63,929 nucleotides of DNA from Lenisia limosa (lineage: Eukaryota > Protista > Breviatea). The stretch spans positions 1 to 63,929 of the forward strand of contig LPNZ01009407.1 of NCBI GenBank assembly GCA_001655205.1, read 5' to 3'. This document shows positions 53,401 through 63,929 of the stretch, one piece after another. Position numbers and translations under genes: made by a program. Position 1 is the stretch's first letter. Each line of letters begins with the position of its first letter. Below the pieces are notes generated by a model. It made no database searches. It saw only the letters and a list, made by a program, of their open reading frames with translations, and was not told where the DNA came from.

Positions 53401-56400
53401 ATTATATGCAATCATTTTGCCTTATTATTAAAAGAGTAATATGTGAACTTGTATCCCTGTTTTTCTTCTGTTTTTGTGACGAAGATACACTCTTGCATTA
53501 ACCTCTCCAGTCACGGCTTTATGTCCGGTGTGTATCAGAGGTGGCACCACTATGGCCCCTTCTTCCCGACCATCTTGCCGGCAACGCCGCTGAAGCCATT
53601 GCTGCATTGATTACCCCCCAGGTTAGCATTTTGAGTTTTCAGCTAACATTTCACTGTCAGACATACTCTACTTTCTGCTTTCTGATTGCTTTGGGGCTCT
53701 CTAATTGAAGAAAGACATATGATATGATATGGGCTTCCCAATTCCCTCATAGCCCCCCACTCCCTCAGTACACGTTTGAAAATAATGGAGATCGATATTT
53801 ATCACATCGAGAATATGGTATTTTTTCTAGTACACTTAAGATAATCATACACCAGACCGAAAACAATGTGGCAACTCCGAGCCTCCTGGCACTGGCCGTT
53901 GCCGATCCATCCTTCCAGCACATCGAGGACCTGTCCAGATACTCGCACGTGGCGCGCACAATTTCGATTGCGCTCGCATCATGCCAGAGCAACCGAAGCG
54001 TCACAATGAGCCATCGTGTCGGCCCCAGAGCCGTTCTCATGTCGGAAGACGACTTTGCCGATGGAAGTAGTTCCGACCCGGGATGGACTGTACTCTGGAA
54101 CCGAGCCTTATGCCTAGCCGAGCCTTGTCTTGAAGACAACTGGATCAAGAAGTTCCTTCCTGAGAAGCTACTGGTTCTTGCCCCTGGTGTTTCTCTTATT
54201 ACACTCTGCCATTTGGTTGTTTTGCTTCCCAAAGCGCCACGAAGCAAGTGCCTGAGTTCGCATGAGACCGCGTCATCCTTCTTGAAGCAGGTTGGTCTGC
54301 GGCTCCTCGTAAGTTCGAAAACTGGTGGAATTTCGATATTGTTCGGCTAATCATCGAGAGATTGACGGTCTTTTTTCGGTCCATAGGGAACCCTGCCTCC
54401 CCCAGATTTTGTTATTGTTGAATTTTGAAAATCATTTGAGTGTAATTTTTTTAGGTCGTGGGACTGGTTTCCTCCTTTTCTGAAAAGGAGACTGGGAACA
54501 AATCATCTTAGTAAGAGGGGGAGGTAAAGGGCTGGCCAGTGATGGGGTAATCTGGAAGAAGGGGTGGACAGACTGTATGATATGATATACAGTATATACT
54601 TGTATTTGGTGATAAGTATACCTCTGAACATGTTAGAATGAGTTTCAACATTGATTCCTCACTTACAACTTAGTGTGGACCAAATACTCTCTTCCTGCCT
54701 TTCTGGACTTTATTGGATGCACAGCTCTTCACGTGACATTGCAAAAGTCAGGAAAAGTTGCCTTTTTTAAAAAAAAAAAGATAATTGTATATATGTTGTA
54801 AATTCAGATATCGTGTACACGACTGAGTAAAAAGAAAAATAAGGGATCGTAAAAAAGAAAACTGAAATATTGGTTAATAGTCACATAACCCACTAATACC
54901 TTTAGGCAATTCCAAAAGAAACCTGGGCCACTCTTCTGTACCAGCAGACCGCTAACCGCAATCCGAGCCGCACAGCAACGCCGTTGCCACTGTCCTTCGC
55001 GGCGGCAGACCCCCCTTTGAGCTTATGCCTGCGGTCCGTGCTGTGCTGCATTGCTGAGGAGGCCACCCAGATCCCAGCTTCTACCCAGGCTCCAAGTGGG
55101 TGAAATTATCTGCAATGGTGGTTGTTATTGGAACAAAAAAAGGTTTCTTACTGATCTAGGATTTACCGAGGAAAATGGCTCATTCACTTCATGGCTGGGC
55201 TCAAAACCGCAATACTGGGGCAATACTGTGGGTATTGGCATGGAGGGTATTGTATGGTGAAATGTTAGGGAACATAAAATGCAACAATGTGTATAATATA
55301 TTGAAGGGCAATGTCAATGCAGTGTATGCATATATATAGACGATAGTAGAAACAACAACACGGGTATGGCGCATATATTTCCAGTCGTCACGCTTTAGAT
55401 TATGAGCGAATCGCTCAGACAATTTACCCCTTCCTCAGAAATGGTGAGATTAGTTATTGGTATCAGTGTTCAATTCTGTTATTATTGTTCACTTTTTAAG
55501 TATCTGATAGAGTCGATGTATTCTAGTAATCGTCAACCTCACCCCACCCCCAGGTTGCTCTTCTTGATCCCATCAAGGACCTTTCAATTGCAGCTAAATC
55601 CATTGTTTCTGTCCCAGCACCAATGTTAGTAATTACATATGATATAATATTCTAGTTTACTAAATGGATACTATATTTTTTTTATATATCATATAGTATG
55701 ATGTGAAAATGATATATTTCTTCATTTTCTCACCACCAAGGGTCCAGGCCTGGTCGTCGGATCCCACCTCTGCCGACGGCCCAAATATCCCGATGACTGC
55801 GGAGGTTGTGACGCGCAGTTTGTTGCGCTGCGCTGGGGTGGCGTATTTGGAAACGGAGCTCTGGTCTGGACCAGCCGGTATGAGGAGTGCATCCTGGTCT
55901 AGTTATTATAGTTATCGAGTAGTTATCTGGGATTTAGAGGAAGTAACCAGAGAGAATATTGGATTTGAATAAAACCCCAAGAGGCAACTTGGTAATATTG
56001 ATATTTCTTTAAATACAGCTGAAATCCCGATAAATGAGGGTTATTAATGGGCGAAATTCTCCTTTAACGGATTAGATCTCTCGGTCTGGCTTGCTCTAAA
56101 TGATGGAATTCTTACTGCAGGCCTTTTGAGCCTCCTCAAATTGGCTGTGGCTACTGGTAGGGGCTGGGCTGAAAGAAGGGTGAAGAAGGGGCTGAAAGAA
56201 GGGTGAAGAAGGGGCTGAAAGAAGGGTGAAGAAGGGTGAAGAAGGGTGAAGAAGGGTGAAGAAGGGGATGAAAGAAGGGTGAAGAAGGGGCTGAAAGGGA
56301 AGGATGAGCTTAAATGGTGAAGTAAGTAATTGGACTGTTAGTCTCAATATCCAGTGTGTTGTGATATTTACCAGGGAGGGATGTCATTAATATAGTATCA

Positions 56401-58272
56401 TGCTATCACGTTCTTTATTTATGCACAATTTCATACTATTGTTATTTAATCAGATGATATTTAAGCTTTGGTCTGATTATTGTATTCGTGGTCCACACCT
56501 TAACCCATCAGATACACAGTTAGTTGAAGTACTGGAGGCAATTGCAGTTTCTTGCATGAGTCCTTTATCCGTTCTGGCGCTTCTTTATGAGGTAAGAGTG
56601 TCATTATTTAGCTGAGTATTGCATTGATTTGTTTCTTCATGCACACTTAATGGAGTTTTTTTGTCTTTTTTCACCCCCCCCCCCNNNNNNNNNNNNNNNN
56701 NNNNNNNNNNNNNNNNNNNNNNNNNNNNNNNNNNNNNNNNNNNNNNNNNNNNNNNNNNNNNNNNNNNNNNNNNNNNNNNNNNNNNNNCCTGCAGACTCTA
56801 TCGGATCGGTTGGTTATTAATGAGAGATTCATTGATATTATTTTGAGCAAGATAGGAGTCGGCTAATTTTGAACCGCAAGAAAAAACCTGAAATATTAAA
56901 AGTCTAAGGAGATTAAATAAGACATAGGGGTACTATAAAGCAGAATGTACGATACTCCTACCCCACTCCTACCTCCCCCTGAAAGTAATCGTTGTAGACT
57001 TTCAGCCCCTGGTCTGTCACCACCCCTCAAGAGCTGCCTACCAAAACTCCTACCCTGTGTTCTTCAACATTGCGTATGGATGGGGTCTGCATTTCTTTGG
57101 GACTGGATTTTGATCTTACTGTTTGCGTATGTTATAAAACTATTCCCTGTTGTTTTCGTGGAGCGTGATAAAGACTGGAGGGAATTTTACCGTACTCTGA
57201 AACTTCAACCAGCCCAATCAAAACGCCTGATGTTTCAGCCCGATGCCTCTGGAGTTTCCTCCCTGATGGACCAAATTTCAACACTGATCCTGAGATGCGT
57301 TTTGGACGACAGCTGCGTGCTCTGGATTCGTATGATTTGGGCTTCTCTATTGGTCATAGTCTCCTGTTTTGATAAACGTGTGGTCTTCGTGTAACTGTTC
57401 TAGACGATGTGGACGAGGATCACCCCACTTCACAGGCTCTCAAGACGGGATTGACAGCATTGAGCTCCCCTCTTGTCTGCCAGAGCTTTTTGGACACGTA
57501 TCATAATGATTGGTATGGGTGTGTTGTACTACAAAAGTGCATCTTATTACTGAACTGATTTCCGAGGCAGTTTAGAGTTATGAAGATCTGTGACAACTAT
57601 TGTATTTTGACACCTTTTGGAATGATTTTGCATTTTTTCCTTTTCCGGAATGGGCATTTTGACCCTTTTAGGAAAGTGTCGACTACTCTTCGTTCTTTGA
57701 TAGGCAAATTCCTTGGTGAACCTTCAGTAGGGTTAAAGCAGAGCATGACTTGACGATAACTTCCTTTTTAGGAAGGTGAAATTGTGACAAACTCTGGACT
57801 ATTACCAACTGAAGATAATGTTCTGGTAAGCTGAATCGGCACGGCATTGTATCTTCCAACCACTTGGGTAATAACTTGTTGACTTTTTTTGGAAAGATGA
57901 ATCACCAAATCGCAAAAATCAAACAGAGTCGTATTTTACTTTGAGTCCTTTGATATTCATTCACGGTCACAGGCGGCTTGCTACGTATTACGCCATTTGT
58001 CGCGCGAGGAAGCATTTGGCGTTGCCCAGTACCTCCTAAAATACCGGCAGTGGTCAAGCATCAGGCCGTTATGGGACGGGGGTGATGATTTAGGTGTGTG
58101 GTGTAATGTGTCCCATTGATTTTGATATAAGAACATTGGCTTTCAAATCAGTCAAAAATGATGTGAGCTTTTGTGGGATAGGATTTCTGCTGTGTTCTTT
58201 TCACTGTCTTCAGAGTACCCAGCAACGGCCGTGGAATCTGGTTTGGCGTCTGTGTTTCAATTTTGTATGTAA
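50432..58272 (+). CDS. Large multi-exon protein of unknown function (Leu-rich, probably alpha-helical solenoid)
   Basis: A chain of plus-strand exons with GT/AG borders, including a long exon at about 53851-54290 (TENNVATPSLLALAV..WNRALCLAEPCLEDNWIKKFLPEKLL). Others read DKDWREFYRTLKLQPAQSKRL and RSQAACYVLRHLSREEAFGVAQYLLKY. No family motif recognised; it could be more than one gene. Confidence 0.55.
56165..56305. repeat. Intronic purine-rich tandem repeat (10-bp gaagggtgaa units, partly in 23-bp higher-order units)
   Basis: Directly visible: gggctgaaagaagggtgaagaag repeated, followed by a run of gaagggtgaa units. Confidence 0.95.
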
Positions 58273-58492
58273 AGTAGGTATTATTTTGTTGGTTTCTTTG
58301 GTTTTGAAAAGCTGTTTCTTATTATGGTGTATGTTTCGTGTTATTTATTGAGCCAATGGCAAACTTCCCAATTGAATCAGATATCTTAAATAGTAGAGAA
58401 AAATATCCAATACAATCATTCATAGCGTGCTCCACATCTGACCACACCATATGTGGAAGATACTATGACAAAATGAATCCAAAGAAAAGGCC

Positions 58493-60491
58493 TCAGGGTC
58501 TTCGCCAAACCAGCAGTTCTTGATTAGACTGCAAGGACCCAACAACAACCGAGCTGATAAGTGGGCACTCCTGCATGATCAGACACGCCAGTTCATCGCC
58601 AAGATCCTCATTGACATCGGCTTGGTTAATGACAACTATCCGACGGTTGGGGCCAGCGTTTTGGAAAGCTCCGTTTTTATGATTGATTAGACTCGGGATG
58701 AGGTTAGTGCTGACGTTATCATCCAGTTCCGCTCCGGTAATACTACAGAACTGCTCCGGTCTAAAAACAGTGTCTTTGATGGGCTTGCCAAAAGCGGAAA
58801 TGCCAATGACGGAAATAACTGTTGTCGTTGCGGAGGGGATAACGGGCTCGGAGGCACCTGGGGCTTTCAGGGGAAGGCACCTTGCACCATCAGCCTCAAC
58901 GATAACGGACATCTTCGTCGCTTCATACCTACCTTGTTAGATGACCATTATGAGAAGAACTGCAGCTTAAAGGGGGGGAGGGAGCACGTTACCATACCAT
59001 ACATAATACATTCAAAGAATGGCACCCACAAACACAGAGTTCAGCCACGTCGGGTTGATTCCCTTGACTTTTGCGTCTTGCACGCTGCCGCCAAGAACAA
59101 CCAAGTGCCTGGTATTGGGAAGGTATTTGGCCACCGAAGGAACTGATGGATTAGGCGGTAACTAGAAAGAGGCATTAAGCACCGATTAGGATTCACTACG
59201 GTCTCAACAAGATTGGTTTTCTTGAAAAATCTGATAATTATCTTGCCATATTGCTTTTTGCGACCAGACTGAAGACCAGAGTGTTAAGACATTTTTTTCT
59301 TTGAAACTGGTTCTCAATAAACACTGATAGTAAGAAGTTTCTGTCTCCAAACTAAGTACCCAGCAACATCTTGAATAATATCATGTTACCGAAATGTTTG
59401 AAATTTGATAGATGAATAATACTGGAGCATCCTACCAACTTTGACATGGTTTCGCTGGAGCAGGGTACACATCCAAGTCCTCCTCTGCTACTGGTTTGTC
59501 ACTTTCAATCTGTGTTTGTCAGTTAGCAAGTCCAATACAGCAAAGGTCCAAATATTAAAGCTGAATTATCAACGGTAACCAAAATACTCCCATTTTACCT
59601 ATTCCAACGGGGGGGGGGGTCAACACAAGCAACAGAACCAACCTACCGATTTCACCGTTTCAATTGCCACATGTTCAGTTTTGGGAATCAGAGTCTCAGC
59701 AGGAGGGAAAACAGGGTCCTCTTGAGAGTTATATTAACAGTCAACCCTTGGCCAAATACATAGTATATATGCATATATATTATATCTATATAGTATATGA
59801 TACAGTTTCTAGCTAGTATATATAATATTGAACCCTTGTTCTATGATATCACATTTTACCAGGGAATAAATATTGATTGATATTGGTCGAGTGGCAAAAG
59901 GGGAAGGGCTACGGCAAAATAGAAAATGTACACTATTAGATAGTATATTATATACTATAGTCCTTTGAATATTTTCAAAAAAAATCAAATCAAATTTCTA
60001 CAACAGTATGCCACATTCCTCCTTACCAGAAGGCAGCCTGATTTTGCATGTTGACGCTGCGACTGCACCCGGGGTTTCCTCTTCATTCTATTTCGTAAAT
60101 GCCACTATGTGCGCCATGATTATTTGACATCTGTCGCAACGTATCAATTTATATTGATAAATGTTATTTGGGTATCATACTCCAAATTACTATACAAGAA
60201 GGTGCTCTAGCATCTCTATTATACCCACCACCGACAAACGTATTTCCCCACTCACCAGTTCCATAAGGAGTCTGAACATAGCGGTTGTCTTCCCTCCGCC
60301 TCCAACGATACTCACCATTTCATGGCGATTCAAATCGAGTGCTTTGCCTTCGGGTGAGAATCGTGATATCGTGTTGAATGGAAGGGTGGTTTGTGTTGGG
60401 ATTTCAAGAAAAAAATGCTTCAGAAGAAATTGAAAATCGCTTCACGAGGCTTACATAAATGATGCTCGCAGCTGACTGCCCATGAAGACAT
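58493..60491 (-). CDS. yqeC: YqeC-family protein (putative selenium-dependent molybdenum hydroxylase accessory protein), spliced eukaryotic gene
   Basis: Exon 60491-60455 (MSSWAVSCEHHL) joins exon 60347-60256 (CKALDLNRHEMVSIVGGGGKTTAMFRLLMEL) and exon 60087-60027 (NEEETPGAVAASTCKIRLPS). A later exon reads LVVLGGSVQDAKVKGINPTWLNSVF. The last exon reads SVIVEADGARCLPLKAPGASEPVIPSATTTVISVIGISAFGKPI..VFRPEQF..LINHKNGAFQNA..RIVVINQAD. All hallmark YqeC blocks appear in the correct order. Confidence 0.88.
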
Positions 60492-60870
60492 GATCAGATG
60501 AACAGAACCTCGAAGTTACCCAAAGAAACAACAGAGCAGCAACAGTTAAAATACTATCAATGTATTTATAAATGTGTAAGAGAGGGCGAGCAGCGAGCAA
60601 GCAGCGAGATTGGGAGAGCCAAGAGGCAAGCGAGTAAAATTGTACCAGTGTGCATAAAACTTAGCAAAAAAATAATAGCCAAAAACATAATTTGAAGCCA
60701 GTTTTAAGCGTTTATTTACCGTGTTCATAGTGATAGCACAAGGGTATCTCAGAAAAGACCTTTTGTTCAAGTTTTAGTGTAAATCTAGATGCCTTCAGAG
60801 GCATAGAAGTGGTTTCTTAAATTGTTTTAGGGTTATCTGTGGATAATCAAGCCGGGAAATCGGCTCCACG

Positions 60871-63800
60871 ATGAACTCCGAAGAATTCGACATTCGCAGG
60901 GCGGTTTCTGACGATGCCCAGAATCTCCGCTCCCTCATCTACGCTGAGGCTTCTTTGTTGAAGTCCAGATTTGGTGAATTTGATATCTCGAAGCTTATGT
61001 AGGTTTCTTCCCCCAATTTATTGTGTAGTGAGGTGAGTTCTCTGTCGATCGTTGCTACAAAGCCGGAAGGCGAAGCTTCTGTTATCCTCTGCCTTGATAA
61101 TGGTAGGATTTTTCAAATAGTGTGTATTGAAGAGTTTTTGGCACAAATGTAGCAAAGATGGCTCCATTCGTCACTGTGAAACAACAGGATATTTTTTGAC
61201 TGTTTTCCAAATTATTTTCTTAGAGCCTCCTACCTTCAGTGGATCCGAGACTCCTCTCAATGCTGTTGTGAGCTGGGGGTTTGCCTTCTTGTCTAAATAT
61301 TTTGTCTGTTTGCCTTTATCACCTTGTTCAACTGTACATTATCATCACTGTTCTGCTTCATTGTTGGAGAGTAGGGATTGTATGCCTTGCAGTTCTTAAC
61401 TTGGAGTGTAATTAATTTGATGGACGTTGTATAACTTCCATTTTGATTGATTAAGATAAACTGCTATTATTTCACATTTCTTAGTTCCTCACAATTTATT
61501 CGTCCATTTCCATTTTGCTTTATCAGATCACCCCCCTTACACCACTAATTCCTCAGAACTGGCCGAAGTGGATGGCGGAAAACTGCCCCAATCTTGATGC
61601 AGACGTAAGAAGGGGTGAAGGCTCTCCTAATTCACATTGTCACATTGTCCCTTAAACCTGCCCTAGGCCAAAAATCATGATTGGATTTCGCTCCGTCTCA
61701 CCCACTAACTCCTTTTTTTTTACTAAGAGTTAAGGATCGCCAGGGATCCCACTTATATAAGCATAGTCCGCTCGCAACCCCTAAACCCTTTGACCAATAG
61801 TGTTACCACTTTGCTTCTCAGTAGTATTTCACTCCGCACCCCCAGGAAATCAATACCCTCTTTGTGACATTCTTCGGGGGTGACCATGTTGTTGCTCATG
61901 ACGCCACATTTGAAATGCTTGCGTCCGCGTTCCACACGTCAGAGCTGACCGACACTGTGTTGCTGCTGCTTCCCGAGGTCGGATCTTTGGTTTTGATCCG
62001 TTACCTTGGTTATGGTGAAATCTCATTCCTCTATAGCGTATATATATATATATATATATATTGAACAAGGTTCTCTGAATCACCACGAAAAATAACACAA
62101 AATTAAGTTCACCTCTTTAGGATGTTCTATCATTTTCGCCCTTCAGGGAGATCTTAGATCTGGTAGCAGAGTTCGATGGATTCAGTATTATGGCCGCCCA
62201 TCGCGCCAAGTTTGCGCCACCCCTTGTCATCCGACGCGCAATGGTGGAGGTATGGGGGGGGGGTATTGTTTTTACCTTATTTATTATGTATTTTTCATTG
62301 TTATAATATGTCATAATAATAAGTCATTATCTTCCAGGATCACGACGATCTGACGCCGGTGTTCGACAAGTCATCAGAGGTCATGAGCAGCCGCTACGGC
62401 TCCTATTTCCTTGCCGACCTTATTGCTGCCCAGTCCCCTGAAACGCCGGCTCTTGTCGCTGAGGTTGGTAGTGGTGATAGATAGTATACAAGGTCAATTT
62501 CGGGAAATACATGAAGCTTGGTTGAAAATTGGGTACAGTTTGTGGTTCCCTAAGGAGGTAGTACAACAGTGCGGAAAAGAGGAAGAAGGCAAGATTGCCG
62601 AAGTTGTCCGTGTATCAGGGGTATCAAGGACATGTCAAGGATATATCAGTTTATCAAGGATATCTCATCAATGATTACGCTATTTTCACCCACTATTTTA
62701 CTTCAAACTGCCTATTTTTACACACTAAACCACCACCCTGTATTTTCACACAAATTGCCCTTATTTCACGTACACAGAACAATAATGGCCGAAGCCTCGT
62801 ATGATACGAGTATTCCCAAAATTTGCCTTCTTTGACACCTTTCAGAAAGACGGACGCGCGGCTGGCTTGATGGTTTTGAGCAGCGAGGTGGAAGTTGACC
62901 ATCTGTTTGAAAGCTTCGAGTTTGATTCCTTTGAAGACCTCCAATTCTGTGAGGGGGGTTTTAGCTGAGTCGAAACTGGTGCTCTTGTTCTCAGTGTAAG
63001 TCTTGTTTTTTTTTTTATCTATCTTGGATCATCATAAACATCTTTGTTGCCTTCCCTAAACTAATTGACATTACATCTTCAAAATCGAAATACTTCTGTT
63101 CTTTTGTTGGCAACCGTAACGCCGTAGCCAAGGAAAAGGCCTTCTGTATCAGTCTACACTGCATGGACGAGGAGGTGGAGGCGAGCCTCAGATCGTCAGA
63201 TCTCCTCACGGCGGCGTTTGACCTTTATCCGACCAAGCAATACTGCCTCTGCACCATTCCCAATTCCGCACCTGTGGGGTGTATAAATGAATAAATCTGC
63301 ATTTCCCCACTCTTCTTCAGAAGCGTAAATGCAATCGTCTAACCACCCCAGGTCTTCTCTCTCCTCGACCAATTCACCCCGATTTCGCCGAAACACCCCT
63401 CCTCCGCCACCGCAGCCCTCTACATTCTTGATAGGGCCTCTCTCAACCCAAAGGGTGTACAAGGTCGGGTCGGGCTCCGAGTTTTCCGTTTGGAACTGTT
63501 TTCTTGGGTGCATATCATATTAATAGTGTATCCCCCCATCCTCTCACCCCTCTCCTTCCAGTTATCCCCATCCTCTCACCCCTCTCCCTCCAGTTATCCC
63601 GCTGACACGAGAGGACCTTGCNNNNNNNNNNNNNNNNNNNNNNNNNNNNNNNNNNNNNNNNNNNNNNNNNNNNNNNTTCCCGCCGACGAGGAAGGCCAGA
63701 TCCTAACAGCACTCAAGACCACACTCGATATTCGTGCTGGTGTGCGGGGTGGGCATCTTTGTTGTAGTAAAGGCTCTATTGAAACAAGGACCACTGGATC

Positions 63801-63929
63801 CGGTAGTTGAAATGTACACAAAGAGTTGTAGGGCTACTAATTTGCTCACAGCCTCGGAGTTAAAATCTCCTAGGAAACATAACAAACAGCCGTCAAAAAT
63901 TATCCAATTTTACTCCCCCCCCCCCCCCC
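60871..63929 (+). CDS. CFAP61: Cilia- and flagella-associated protein 61 (5' part; runs off the window)
   Basis: MNSEEFDIRRAVSDDAQNL..SRFGEFDISKL; LVIRRAMVE|DHDDLTPVFDKSSEVMSSRYGSYFLADLIAAQ; GLMVLSSEVEVDHLFESFELDSFEDL; AFCISLHCMDE..AAFDLYPTKQYCLCTIP. These match recalled CFAP61 blocks. Confidence 0.87.
62040..62061. repeat. (TA)n microsatellite (others at about 637-658 and 28493-28522)
   Basis: Directly visible TA runs in introns. Confidence 0.9.
63529..63600. repeat. Intronic tandem duplication, about 33-bp unit, two copies plus a partial copy
   Basis: tatcccc(cc)atcctctcacccctctcc(t/c)tccagt occurs twice. Confidence 0.9.

Noticed and set aside
57670-57830. IVTNSGLLPTEDNVL resembling G-alpha 'Y.PTEQDVL'
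   Set aside because: No P-loop, DVGGQ or NKxD motifs lie nearby, so this is probably a chance match within the unknown gene.
58280-58495. yqeC TGA as selenocysteine, with a SECIS in the 3' UTR
   Set aside because: The TGA falls where YqeC proteins normally end, readthrough would add only a short hydrophobic peptide, and I found no AUGA..AA..GA SECIS geometry by eye. A SECISearch run would settle it.
58493-60491. yqeC as bacterial contamination or a chimeric scaffold
   Set aside because: The conserved blocks are separated by GT-AG introns of the same style as neighbouring genes, exon phases are consistent for exons 1-3, and no operon neighbours are present.
60832-60847. Near-palindrome gttatctgtggataat just upstream of CFAP61 as an RFX X-box
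   Set aside because: It deviates from the GTNRCC-N0-3-RGYAAC consensus in both halves, and a single weak instance is not supportable.

Overview
Intron-rich nuclear DNA from a flagellated eukaryote, probably a non-animal, non-fungal protist. Introns are short GT-AG introns (mostly about 45-150 nt), and there are many N-gaps. The supplied ORF track is mostly exon fragments or antisense shadows, so I rebuilt gene models by hand-splicing; all coordinates are manual and approximate. About 20 tightly packed genes lie largely in divergent and convergent pairs: two poorly resolved genes at the left edge, RAD1 (9-1-1 clamp), a Dispatched-family RND protein, 6-phosphogluconolactonase, proteasome alpha-2, a RasGEF with talin-F0/F1-like repeats, a TENT4/Trf4 poly(A) polymerase, a transgelin/calponin, VPS20, a SHAQKYF-class Myb, a GRIPAP1-like coiled-coil protein, UMP-CMP kinase, a WD40-like protein, RPL35, a type II NAD(P)H dehydrogenase, mago nashi, a large unknown helical protein, and CFAP61 (runs off the right edge). 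The standout is a spliced nuclear gene at 58493-60491 (minus strand) encoding YqeC. To my knowledge this family marks the prokaryotic labile-selenium molybdenum-hydroxylase maturation system, so it suggests a laterally acquired selenium-cofactor pathway in a eukaryote. A small TIR-bearing intronic repeat family is also visible. I recognised no rRNA, tRNA or CRISPR.
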